A stretch of DNA of 64,000 nt from an uncultured Nitrososphaeraceae archaeon (GCA_963765895.1 CAVXZB010000073.1:1-64000), one strand, 5' to 3'. Positions 24,739-36,636 are shown, numbered from the stretch's first letter. The notes: generated by a model not told the origin, from the sequence alone. Numbers and translations: made by a program.

Positions 24739-25077
24739 ATGTTAGGAAGAAGAGTTGTCGTAGGTGGAATGATCGCGGGAGGAACTACAGTCGCTACAGC
24801 CGCTATTGTAGGCCATCATGTTGCAAAAAAGCAATTTCAACGCATGCAACGAGGCCAAGTCAGATAGTCGTAGTTAAACCAAGCCAAGCTCAGGCTGCTC
24901 AGCCCCGCACAAGCAGCATGAGCAGCACAAATACAAGCATATCATACAGCAACTCAATCGCAAGGGCCTAAAGAAGATATTACCAAAGAGCCTGAAAAAT
25001 TAGCTAGTCTCAAACAGTACAGTCTACTGTCTGAAGAGTTTTCAGCATATGAAAACGCGATTATTCTTAAGCATGTA
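24739..25077 (+). pseudogene. SHOCT-domain protein relic
   Basis: GRRVVVGG..TAAIVGH and a Gln/Ala linker followed by EKLASLKQYSLLSEEF. Confidence 0.55.
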
Positions 25078-25262
25078 AGAATAGTTATACCTCATGACTC
25101 CTTATGGCCTGAGCGTCTAGTCACATTTGAATTTATACTTCGCAATGCATCTATTTCGGAAGTATTATCGGCAAAGTTACAGCATAGTTCTCTTATAAGC
25201 AGAGTATCCGAATGCATTAGACTGTTACCTCTACTAATACTTACAATTTGATATTATTATTA

Positions 25263-25847
25263 CTACGAACTTTTTAGCAAATATTTAGCTGCTATACTAA
25301 AAGGAACATGAAATGTGAACTTGTCTGTCTTTGAATCGTAAATAGCATAGATTGACGATAAATCTACATTGTGATAACTCTGACTGGTTGCCTTATTACT
25401 TACATTTACATTATTAGCTAACATAACTGGAAAGTCAATTCTAGTTTTTTTGCTTTGATTGCTTTCACCGCCACCTATTTGCGTAGCATTTGCCTTTACT
25501 CTAATATCTGTTGCTGATATATTAAAGCCTAATAGATTATACTTCAGATAAGGCATTGTGAATTCTGAGGGTCCTGACTTGCTAATTATTTCGTGCTTAA
25601 GAGTTTCATTTGGAAAAATCTGTTTCGCATCGATTTCTATCTGATGTTCAAATGGATTTTGAAAGTTTAAAGTATTGCCTTTGAAAAGGCCAAACAAATC
25701 ATCAAACTTAACTAATATATTCATGCTGCAGTTATCAAAACTGATAAGTTCAGCATCTGCGATTTGTACTATTGGCCAAATACTATGAGCTAGCGATAAT
25801 AGTGGAAGTAACACCAAGAGTAATACTGACAAACGGCAAATCTTCAT
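25263..25847 (-). CDS. secreted hypothetical protein
   Basis: 194-aa ORF with signal peptide. Confidence 0.65.
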   Translation of the reverse strand: MKICRLSVLLLVLLPLLSLAHSIWPIVQIADAELISFDNCSMNILVKFDDLFGLFKGNTLNFQNPFEHQIEIDAKQIFPNETLKHEIISKSGPSEFTMPYLKYNLLGFNISATDIRVKANATQIGGGESNQSKKTRIDFPVMLANNVNVSNKATSQSYHNVDLSSIYAIYDSKTDKFTFHVPFSIAAKYLLKSS

Positions 25848-27099
25848 GGGATTGTAAAATATTTGGATAATTGTACATCCAGACTAGAATGAAAATCCTT
25901 GACAACGTCCTGAACATCCTATACTCAGCGTTATTTGGAGAGAGATTTTGGATCATTAATGTTACTTTACATAATCTCCAGTACTATTAATCGATATCTT
26001 AATTTTGGAGTCCAGTGGTATATCGTAACATCTCCCTATCCATCCACAACATCGCCTTTATCTCGTCGCCTGTTAATTCTGACAATTCAGTTATGTTAGT
26101 TGCTGGATTACTATAAGTCCAGGGTATCTATCTAGACAGGGAGTCATACCCACACGGCAGAGTGCTACGGCTAGTAGTTAACTCAATTCTTTATGTAAAC
26201 TTGATCAGAGTTTGTATCTATGTATTCGTCATTAAATATTGAATCTAGTTTCCCACGAAATAAACTAATATAATCACGAGAATCCCGGTCCTGACAGTCT
26301 AGGTCTGCGTGAAAGAGCCGTTTGTTATAATTGTGCTTGCTCATTGAATTATACTGTTTTTATCCCTACTTATGCGTCTTCGATGAAACTCATAGTATAA
26401 TTACTATATACTTTTACCCTTATCCACAGTTTGTTTGATTCCGAGTTTGATCTTTTATCTCTATTTATACTTCTGCGAGACCTACAAGACAGTCATCTAG
26501 TTTCAACGAAGATATGTACCCGGCCTAAACAGAGAATAAGTCGAAACTCCAAATTGAGTGATAATAGTCTTGACTATGGTGTAATAGAAAAATAAGAAAG
26601 CGATGTAACGTCTATAGAGAAGATTCGAAGCCAATCCTCGTAGTACCTATAATCACTATTTTCATTATACTCTCCTCATCAATACAAACTGCACATGCGC
26701 CTGCGTCTAACAATATCGATCCTTCGAAACTCCATCTATCAGATGCACAAAAATCGATATCACCATATGGAGCCAATATAGGTAGGATAATACTGTATAG
26801 CATCGTAATCGTAATTGTAATCGTTACCAGACTCAGATGGGCCAAACATGGAAGAAGAGTAACGAAGTCAAAAATTATAGCAGAGTATATTTTCTTTTTT
26901 AGTATTAAGTTCTATTGTTGCCTTCGATTCATTTTATGATGTTGGCATTCCAATTTTATATCTTATTCCTTATTTAATATTGTTTCTTGGTTTAACATAT
27001 TATTCTTATTTACACTCAAATCGGCTTATGTCGTTCTGGAAGGAATCAAAGTCTGGTTCTATTTATGTAAAGGGCTGAACACACATTCATCTTGCATAT

Positions 27100-27360
27100 G
27101 TGATAGGAACAACATCACGCATTATAATATCAGTCTTGTTTATTGGCAGTTTGTTTACACCTAGTCGACGGGGATTAATTTACATTGATAATTCAACAGC
27201 AGTACTTGCAACCATAGTATTTGATTTGCTATTAATGATTTCTGTCGGCTTGTTAATAGGAATAAATAGAAGAATACTTATTCGTTACAATCTAATTAGA
27301 AAGGAAAGGAAAACATATCGGAAAAGTAGAATTACCTTACTGATGAGGATATTTGTATGA
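27100..27360 (+). CDS. small membrane protein or fragment
   Basis: Two hydrophobic segments. Confidence 0.35.
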   Translation: MIGTTSRIIISVLFIGSLFTPSRRGLIYIDNSTAVLATIVFDLLLMISVGLLIGINRRILIRYNLIRKERKTYRKSRITLLMRIFV

Positions 27361-27675
27361 CATGAGGGATTAAAAGGACTACACCTCTGCTTGCCTGTAT
27401 GGCAGATAGGATATACCCTATGTACCCTAGTAGTTCCGATAAATGAATTCCATATTCGTACTGTGCACCCCTCTTTCCATTATTAGTTTCATACTGTCCA
27501 ATTCACTATACCAACTATCTATGACATCAAAAATCTAAAAGCCACCTCGCCTAACAAGTGATTTGTTATATGAAGGCCATTAACCATGTCCAACAATAAT
27601 CTTATTACATGATAGCTAACTCTCAGTTGGTCAACAAACCCATACTAATATGATAATGATTTATGCAACAAAGCA

Positions 27676-28325
27676 TATCCATAGACTACTTAGTTCAGGG
27701 GATTGCATATAAGTTAAAAATATCGTTACTATACTTATCTAGATAGCAAAATAATAATCCTGTCTATGATGTTGGAATAGCCTGATATAACTAACCTGAT
27801 TCATTAATCCGCCTGCCAATATAGCTGGTCTGGATAGACCTTATACTTCAGGCAGTTAGGCCACATAGAATATCATAGACAGAAGGCTGGCCGTTATAGA
27901 ATTCAGCAGTCTTAGGGGATCCACATCCTACCTATGACATACACTGAATTCATTTAACGTCCGTGTGCATAACTGAATAGTTAGTATGCATTTATCAATA
28001 TTATACGTTATAGAATACAATTATTCAAGTTAATAACTTTACTGTCATTATCTATAATTTATCTCTATTTTCTTTATGAAACCGCTACATTCAATCTCCG
28101 CGGTATTGTTGATAGGAAACTCCAACGCTTTCATATCAATGACTTGTCCAATCTCTTATGCTCGATATAGCATATTTATGATAGTCATTATTGCCGGCAT
28201 ACTCAACCTCATAAAGGTTCTCTATAAGAGATCAAATCAGATCCGACAACCATGCAAGACAAGATCCGTATATGTGAGACAACATGATTATAATATCAGA
28301 TCGATATTACTTGTAAAAAAAGACA
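27676..28325. repeat. direct repeat R2, copy 2
   Basis: Nearly identical to 17425-18077. Confidence 0.95.
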
Positions 28326-28358
28326 CGTACCGTACGCTTTCTGTTTTACCTCATATTA

Positions 28359-28524
28359 TCAACGTAGAGGTGTAAATCTGAAGTCCCGCAATGTTCTAAT
28401 TCTTTGTTGCGAGAATAATTCCGTTGGCAAAGACTAGAGCTCCGCAAGTGTTGCATCGCAGCATTATACGTCTAGTCTTGGTAGGCTTTAATGTAGCCAT
28501 AGCATTACAGAAAAGACAATACAC
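28359..28524 (-). pseudogene. Zn-ribbon protein, module copy 3 (+1 frameshift)
   Basis: MYCLFCNAMATLKPTKTRRIMLRCNTCGALVFANG / LFSQQRIRTLRDFRFTPLR. Confidence 0.8.
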
Positions 28525-28586
28525 ATATCTTTCCCATGAGTCAATATTTGGCAATTTGCGATAGTATAATAATATATTATTACTCA

Positions 28587-28608
28587 GCTATAGATATAGC
28601 GCCAAGAG
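28587..28608. promoter_or_regulatory. GCTATAGATATAGCGCCAAGAG site, copy 3
   Basis: Variant of the conserved module site. Confidence 0.6.
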
Positions 28609-28743
28609 ATCGAACAATTGGATATTACATCCTGCTGGTAGAGGGGTTCATCTACTTTAGAAAATTCATTAAGCAAGGATATAACAATAATATATGGGGG
28701 GAGAGAGAGAAGCGTTGTCATCGGTTCGATGGAATCCAAGACA

Positions 28744-29264
28744 AATTTTGACTCAAGTTGTAATTTTTTGAATTTAGAAAGTAAAAAATAATATAGTCAT
28801 AATATAGAAAGCAAATAGAGCATATGTCTAATAATGATACTGAGGAAGAGCGATCTTTCCGGGAAAGATATGCACAGGAGCTGCAAAAGAAAAAAAGCAG
28901 CCAGGCACTGGTAGCCATTCTAAAGATGATGAAGATGTCTGAAGAAAGAAGAAATGTGAGTCAGGCAGCAAGGAAAAACACCAGGACGTAGAGGAGAACA
29001 AATAAAACAGCAAGAAATCGACAAGGAAATTATCAGACGCAACAGATTACAGCAGGAGAATGAGAAGAATGGAAATTAAGAATAGAAGAGGTTGGGTTTG
29101 TCATATCGCTTACCGTGTTATTTGTTCGAGCAGTTAATTTATTCCAGAAAATCATTTCTACCATCAATTTGGCCATAGTGCAGTATAAATATAGATTAAC
29201 TACAAATTGCACAATAATAATTATAGGCAGCCAACTAATTGCATTTGCATTGATTTAATCGAAA
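28744..29264. repeat. repeat R4 copy 1, containing a decayed charged ORF (MSNNDTEEERSFRERYAQEL)
   Basis: Inverted homologue at 41510-42038. Confidence 0.9.
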
Positions 29265-29349
29265 TCAATCTCTACATTTCAAAGGAAATAAATGAATCGA
29301 GTACAGATAACATTGATACTGTTGACAATAATGATAACAATGACAGCCA

Positions 29350-29580
29350 TAATCATAGTAGTTTCAGGATTACAGGCGGTACTTCAGATATGAAAGTCTC
29401 CTGGCAGGTTACAGGTATTCGCAAGGATCCTTGGGCTAAGGCTCACCGGGTTCAGATTGAGGAAGATAAGCCTGCTAAGGAGCGGGGCTACTTATATCCA
29501 GATCTAATGGTCGGCCGGCAGAGAGGGGAATAAGCCGCTTGGTATTTCCAGAAGAAATGAAAGTACCGCTCATGACTAAG
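29350..29580 (+). pseudogene. C-terminal fragment of a fibre/collagen-like surface protein
   Basis: FRITGGTSDMKVSWQVTGIRKDPWAKAHRVQIEEDKP. Confidence 0.5.
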
Positions 29581-29967
29581 AATAAATGAACTGTGGGGGA
29601 AATACCTCTCACATTAGGACAAGAAAAAAGAGAGTTACAGAGAAGGCGCGCGAGTCCCTCTCATGATGTATTTCTATTATATGGCTTGATCCGGAGTTAT
29701 TGGTCTGTGGCCCAATCCTTGAGGAAGCTTTGTCCAAATCGGTAATGGCGGTCACAGGTGCAGATGTGACTGGGTCTAGCAGTGGCTTTTACTTTATGCT
29801 TATTTGCTATAGCGCAGCAAATGATTTGATGCTAAACAATAGAGGAATAGAGGAATTATAATCAGGCCGATTATATTGTGCTGATTTAATCAGTAACAAT
29901 ACTCTAAACAGTTTCAGGGATTTTATTGTTCAATTAATGTATACATAATAATAGTAGCAGTTCAAAA

Positions 29968-30900
29968 CTATGAAATTAACCAAATCAATGTTCCTAATGC
30001 TATCAGGATTACTGCGTTAACGCCTCCACTTCTTTCCTGTAGATCTTCCAGTTCATCATATATCTGCACCCTCTCTTTCATCTTTATAGTTGCGTATTGG
30101 AAAAATGCATGGGAGCTAGAATCATCATCTGTAATAGCCTGTTGACACTCTAACTCCCATTTGTGCTCATCCAAATACTCTAACAATATTTGCTGAGATT
30201 CTGGCGTTACCCCATCAAGTTTAACAGGCAAATTATACTCAAGCCTTCTGCTAAAGATTATCATCTCGGCTCGAGTTTCTATGGAATTCCAATCTGTCGT
30301 CGACACCCTCGGCCTATTTTTTGCAAGCAATAGGAGAGTTGATGCCCAAGATGAAATGAAGGTGTTCAGGTTCGTTGTTACGACATCCAGTGCCGAGGCA
30401 AAGATTTGCCGCCCAGTCCCAAGAGAAATGAATACAGGCAGCAATTATTATCATTATGTTTTGAGTGAATACCATTACAATCATAATTGCAATAACCGCA
30501 AACGATATGCCGATTACGGCGGCGCTAAATTTAAAGTATTTAGTCGGCTGTCCAATTAACTTGATATTATACCCCGCTCCTGATTTTGTTCTTTTGCGAA
30601 CAAGGAATATGAATAGAGCATTGACAAATAGCAAGTTAGCAAGGTGCTTTATCATCTCTTTTATGACAAAAGTTACTCCGGGAGCATTTTTGCATGATGA
30701 TTTATTTTGAGTAATTCACTACTTAAAAAATGTTGTATGTACGCATGATATAACTGAGATTCCTATTTCAACTAATCCATATCATTCATTGTTATAAGCC
30801 GTTACTGCAGTATGAAAAGTAAAGTTAGCTTCAACAGGACCATTGATTCTACCTGCCGCTGTAGTCACAACGCCTATCACGAATATTCACGCACTGCTTG
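29968..30900 (-). pseudogene. fragmented multi-pass membrane protein
   Basis: Overlapping hydrophobic ORFs 29968-30444 and 30314-30655. Confidence 0.4.
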
Positions 30901-31218
30901 TAGTGCATGACGATAATGCACATTTATTATTCTAATTGAAAAAGATCTTCAAGATCTTTTCTAACCACAAATTGATTTCCTCTGAAAAGATAGAAACAGT
31001 TAGTACCGTTGCTACTAAAAATATTTACTCGTCAGGAGATTCCAATAGTAATAATATTGATACCATAAGTATTATCATAATGATAACAAAGCTCATTAAT
31101 TAAACAATTTCAGACTCAAAGATTGAAGGTTTTGCAATTGACAGCCAATATAGTTCACGAAGTTAAGATTATATTCTCAGAGAAAACTTTGGCATAATAT
31201 ATGTGGAAAAATAGGGGT

Positions 31219-31443
31219 CTATAACCTATGATTAAGGTGTATTCTTGAACCATTATCATTTGGCCCCATTCCTCCAATGCAAATATCATATTTTGTAGTA
31301 TTCTGAGGAAGGTATTTATCGGCACATGCCTGCCGCTGTTGGAAAGTGCTTGCATATGCTGCATTGGTATATGATACATTTCCTATCAGAATTCCTGTAA
31401 TTGTTCCTACGACTAGCAGTATCATAAGTATATTTTTGTTCAT
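31219..31443 (-). CDS. small secreted protein, CxDKYLPQ family
   Basis: Signal peptide followed by ACADKYLPQNTTKYDIC. Confidence 0.65.
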   Translation of the reverse strand: MNKNILMILLVVGTITGILIGNVSYTNAAYASTFQQRQACADKYLPQNTTKYDICIGGMGPNDNGSRIHLNHRL

Positions 31444-31619
31444 TACGTTATCCTTATAGAAGGGTTATAGTAATATATTACTATAATACAAATTGGCAAC
31501 CTAGAGAAAATTACACATAAGTGAAGAGTTCGAATTTACTAAATATGAAAGCGTGAAGTTTATTTCAATTAGAATTATTATCAAAATAATAACAATAGCC
31601 AGCTGCGTCAACACCATTG

Positions 31620-31800
31620 CCTTATACATGATCCTTAGTATAGACTTTTCAAGGTCAAATACTGTCTTATAACCACATATGGAGTATCTTATGAAACATT
31701 GAAGAAAAATTATCTTGGATTAAATGTTGATTGGTTTATCAGAAAGCCAATAAATACTGAGGAGTTAGTAGAGGAGATTAAATCAAAGCTAAACCCATGA
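31620..31800 (+). pseudogene. response-regulator receiver C-terminal fragment
   Basis: FIRKPINTEELVEEIK. Confidence 0.55.
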
Positions 31801-31821
31801 GCTTGCGAAATTTTAATATTC

Positions 31822-32772
31822 TTACAAACGTTGTATTTTCATGAAATATAACGAAATTCGTGCACCAAACTTCTGTGCCTGATTATATGCTCTAGCTGCC
31901 AGTTCCTGGCCAGAAATACCTGTAGGAAATCCCAAGTAATTTTCGATCCTTGAGCTTGAACCTGCTTGACCACCAGGGGAACTTGTCTCCAGCATTAGGA
32001 CATCTAGTCCTTCTGAAGCGCCATATATGCGGTCCATCCTGAGGGACCAGCTCCGATGATGACAAGAATCTCGAACATGGGTTTGGTCAATAGACTCATT
32101 AAAGCCAAGGCAGTCTGCAATCTCTTGGTTATTGGATTCCGAAGTGCAAGCTGGCCTCGACAGATTAATACTGGTATTTCACTGGCAGAAATTTGGAAAC
32201 TATCCAACAGATTCTGTACGTCAGGGTCGCGTTCTAAATCTATGTAGGAGTATGGATGTCCATTGCGCATAAGAAACTCTTTGATCCGTAACGTACCTGC
32301 AGAATATGCTGACCCAACAAGGACAATATCTCCAACGCCAGCAGATATTAGCTCTACCCTACGAAGAATAAAAGCCCTCATCAAATAGATCGAGGAGCTC
32401 AGCATCAGTCTGTACCAATCCGAGCATTTGTTGAGGATCCAGTTCAATTACCTCACCTGGCTTGGGAACACGTGCCCGAACTAAAGACCGTCGACCAGAG
32501 AACATGTTAACCTCTCCTGTGAATTCACCAGGACCATGGACAGTAATAAGGGTCTCCTGGGCCCCTAAGGGACTTACAATCTCGACTTCGCCTGTGGTTA
32601 CGATAAAGAACGGGACCGATGTATCCCCCTGTTCTATTATTACTTCGCCAGACTGCACCGAACTTACATGTCCATGCACTGCAATGCGATCAATCTGAGC
32701 TGGAGTTAATTTCGGAAATATCTTCTCAATACGAGAGCTGGTTAGAGGAAGTCCTCTTCGTGCATTGCTCAT
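31822..32772 (-). pseudogene. cNMP-binding domain plus thioredoxin reductase fusion, 3'-truncated and frameshifted
   Basis: GPGEFTGEV (cNMP domain), IIGAGPSG and GGQAGSSSRIENYLGFP; breaks off after QAQKFGA. Confidence 0.85.
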
Positions 32773-33275
32773 AGAAGTAGTTTCCTGTACGATTGCTCTT
32801 CGCAAATCATCGCTAGAAACTTTCTATCATATTCCATAGCGACAAGGGATATAGATATCATCGATTCTGTGATATGGTTCTATAGTCTAATATGCTTGCT
32901 GTATATCAAATTGTATAGATTGTTGTAAGTACGATGGTTTAAATCAACTTGCAAAGCGGTTCTAATATAACGAATCATTTGCCCTCACATATATTGCTCT
33001 CGCCAGCCAACCACGCCTAGATTAATGGTCGTCTTGTAATAAATATCACCATAGCATACACCGTCGTCAACTCCATCTACGTATGACATTCTAGGTGTGA
33101 CATATTAACGGTCCACCCACCAGGCAAACAGCCTTCTATGTGTTACATGTCTAATCGATGTATGATCTTTTTTGCATTCTATCATATCATGTTACAGAAA
33201 CAAATTATGAAAGGTGAAACTTTTAGAACACAAGGTCTCTGATAGATAATGATTGTGTGTTATTGGTGCTTTAAA

Positions 33276-34012
33276 TTAGACCTGCGCTGCGCCGCCGTCG
33301 ACGCATAGCTCAATTCCGGTAACAAAGCTGGAATCATCAGATGCCAAAAAGAGCGCAGCAGTTGCAATCTCTGGCGGTTGACCCATTCGACCCATCGGGA
33401 CAATGGAGGCTAAACCATCCTTGATTTCTTGATAAGCGCCGTCGAATATCGCCGTATCTATTGGACCTGGACTGATGACATTGATCCTAATCTTTCCTTT
33501 GAGCTCGGCAGTCCAAGTTCGGGCGAAAGAACGTATGGCTGCTTTGCTGGCGCTGTAGACGGTGGTGCCTGGATATCCCTTCACTCCGGCAATAGAACTA
33601 TTCAGAATGATTGACCCGCCATCCTTCATGAGCGGCATATAGCCTTTTGTACGGTAAATAGAGTGCCACGAACGTTGACGTTAAACGTATCATCAAAACT
33701 CTTCTCGGTAATGGAGCCAAACGGCTTGCTGAGCTCGGCAACGCCAGCACTCGCAAAGAGGATGTCGAGACGGCCCTTCTCCTTTTTGACTATCTCAAAT
33801 AGCCGATCTAGGTCGGAAAGATTGCCGGCATCGCCCCGAATGCCTGTGACATTCTTACCGATTTCTTTGATTGCTTTATCGAGCCTTTCTTGGCTGCGGC
33901 CAGTGATGAAGACATAAGCACCTTCCTCGACAAATAATTTAGTGGTAGCAAGGGCCATCCCACTCGTAGCTCCGGTAATGACAGCGACTCTGTTCTCTAA
34001 CTTTTTTGACAT
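33276..34012 (-). pseudogene. SDR oxidoreductase copy B
   Basis: Same 737-nt length and same frameshift as 18604-19340. Confidence 0.9.
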
Positions 34013-34442
34013 GGATTAAGGTAGTTACATAATGATTGAAATAAGTTAATGAAGTGATATGTCTTAGTCCAATGACCCATTGTCTATGCAAGTGCATCCA
34101 ATGGATGATAATATTGCGGGCAGAAAAGTGAAATGAACAATGCCGAACATGACTGTGGGGGCATGACATCTATGACGCAGGTGATAATTTCACATTTCTG
34201 CTTCATTTCCTTTTTCTATTTCTATTCCAATACTACTAATCACCGGATTCTTATCTACTGTCAATGTCTTTCGATGAGACACATGTTCTATGGATGTATC
34301 TGCATCTGCATCTGCATACTTGCTTTGCTTTCTTATCGCCTATCATGTACCTGACAGCCGCTGTTTTATTTTGTTATTAGCCTGTTTGCCGGCGAAGATC
34401 TAAGTACTTGTAAGAGCTTATGAATAAGCCATGTCATTCACC

Positions 34443-34464
34443 CTCTTGGCGCTATATATATAGC
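34443..34464. promoter_or_regulatory. module site, copy 4 (inverted)
   Basis: CTCTTGGCGCTATATATATAGC. Confidence 0.65.
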
Positions 34465-34523
34465 TTAGATATGATGTATTATAGTACAGTAACTTGTCGG
34501 TTGTTGGCTCATGGGAACGATAT

Positions 34524-34694
34524 ATGCATTGTCTTTTTTGCAATGCTATGGCTACGTTAAAGCCTACCAAGACGAGACGAATAATGCTGCGCTGCAACAC
34601 TTGAGCTCTGGTGTTTGCCAATGGATTATTCTCGCAACAGAGAATTAAGACGTTGAGAGATTTCAGATTTACACCTGTGCGTGAAATAGTATAA
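34524..34694 (+). pseudogene. Zn-ribbon protein, module copy 4 (in-frame stop at the fourth Cys)
   Basis: MHCLFCNAMATLKPTKTRRIMLRCNT*ALVFANGLFSQQRIKTLRDFRFTPVREIV. Confidence 0.8.
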
Positions 34695-34762
34695 AGCAAT
34701 GTACATAGTATGGTCAATTATCGCTTAAGTCACCATGGGAGCTTTGCCGATAGGCAGTTTTA

Positions 34763-34990
34763 TTAACTCCTGCCTATGAGTTGCGAGAAGATGATTACGA
34801 AGATCGAATTCAATAGGTCTTTATAATCACACCAGACGCAAGGTAGCGAGGGCAGCCTCATTGCCTCAGTTTTGTTCTTCTTATCTAGATCCGGTTTTGT
34901 AGTTTGGTGGATCTTTCTATTCTCATTATGCTTATCTGCGACACTTGCGACACTTGTAGAGAACGGAGACACCTCTAGAGCCTTCTCCAT
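34763..34990 (-). pseudogene. C-terminal fragment with TSVASVA and a CxxC zinc finger, possibly from a mobile-element protein
   Basis: TSVASVA and PCVWCDYKD. Confidence 0.4.
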
Positions 34991-35115
34991 CCCCTATCGC
35001 AAAGGCTAGGCAAGAGAACAAAGTTGACGATTGGATGAAGCCGAAAAAGGTTATTTCTACCGGTTTAGACCGGAAGAATATGCATATATACACGTACCTT
35101 TAGTATTGATTAGCA

Positions 35116-35577
35116 ATGATCAATTACCAATCCGCAATAACGATTAGCGCAATTGCGGTAATTGCTGCAATGATGATTTCGGTTCCTGTGGCTTCAGCTT
35201 TACCCCAGAAGTACTTTCAAGAGATATTAAGCCGATCGCTGTTACTGCCAGTAGCAGTATCCGGTAATAATATCTATGCAGCATGGAATAATGCTAGTGC
35301 TGCTCTCCATGGCGTTGCCATATTCTTCACAAAGAGTAATGATGGTGGAAAAACGTTTGCAAAGACAATGGTTCTCAGCCCCCCTAACACAAATCCAAAG
35401 ATAGATGTTGTATATGGGAACGTAAGTATAAGCGCGTCAGGTAGTAACGTAGTCGTGACGTGGTGGACAAACGCAACAGGAGCACTTAATCCCGTAATGA
35501 GGACAAGTAGTGACGGTGGGAATACTTTCGCGAATTTAGTAAGGCTGAACAGCACTTCCGGTGGAATTAATAAGTAA
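35116..35577 (+). CDS. secreted BNR/Asp-box repeat protein
   Basis: Two SxDGGxTF boxes and a signal peptide. Confidence 0.8.
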   Translation: MINYQSAITISAIAVIAAMMISVPVASALPQKYFQEILSRSLLLPVAVSGNNIYAAWNNASAALHGVAIFFTKSNDGGKTFAKTMVLSPPNTNPKIDVVYGNVSISASGSNVVVTWWTNATGALNPVMRTSSDGGNTFANLVRLNSTSGGINK

Positions 35578-36372
35578 ATCCCGTAGCTAACAACACCACA
35601 CACGACCTGCATGCGGGTTTGTCGTTGCTTCATCAATTACGGAGATAGTATTATCACCGGAATTAGCGACATATACTTTGTCTCCAGATGATCTTTGGTG
35701 CCAGCAGTACAGCAATAAGTGGCATGTAGTGTTCGCCGGCAACAACCATATCGATGATGGAGGGTCACACCAACTTATTTAGTAACCTGGGGTCAAAACA
35801 AGAGCAATTAGTTAGTTCGATTGGTATTCAGTCAGTCACTCAGTCAGTAACTATAGATTCATTACTTGTATCACTATTAGTAGTATGTAATTGTTTTTCC
35901 TTCCTGGTTTCCTAACCGTCTCATTGTAACTCTCCAATGGGTCGATATACAGGCTAATCTTGAGACATTAATAAAGAGCAGTTAAACTAAGAATAATTGG
36001 GTCCGATTATATCAGTATCAATCTAGCCTGCTCAAATAATATGAAGATTGGTCAATGTTATGATTGTATGCTGCATTTTGGCAGCAAAGGCCTTGGTTAT
36101 CATGAAAGCGTAACGGCTCCGACCATGCTGACTACGATAGCACAATAAAATGATGTTTGTTTAGCTGGCAGAAAGCTACGTATATAATGCCGAATATGAC
36201 TTTGAACAGGGACCATATTGTGAAACGTTGTCCGACTATGTTCCACACCATAGTTACAGGGCTGGATAAATAAATGACATTTCGTTTCCAATCGACTGCA
36301 ACTAGAATCTTCTCCTAGAAAAATGTAACTGAATGTCCAATAATATGAGTCTATAATAGATATAGTAACAAG

Positions 36373-36636
36373 ATGAAAAATCTAATTACGTTAACCATAC
36401 TCATAGTAATGGTAGCAGGTATAGCAACGGCAACGGTAGCGACGGCAACGGTAATGGCAAAGAAACATCATAGTAAGGGAAATTCGCTAGAAAGAGGGGC
36501 AATTGATGCATTTAGAGACACGAATGGTCTAAATGGTCATGGATATGATGATTCATGTCCTTCAGGACATTCGAGCGCATTCTGTTCCAACTATAAGCAT
36601 GCATATCAAAACCAATTTGATAACGGCGAAGACTAA
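36373..36636 (+). CDS. small secreted protein with CPSGHS..FC motif
   Basis: Signal peptide and two Cys. Confidence 0.65.
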   Translation: MKNLITLTILIVMVAGIATATVATATVMAKKHHSKGNSLERGAIDAFRDTNGLNGHGYDDSCPSGHSSAFCSNYKHAYQNQFDNGED

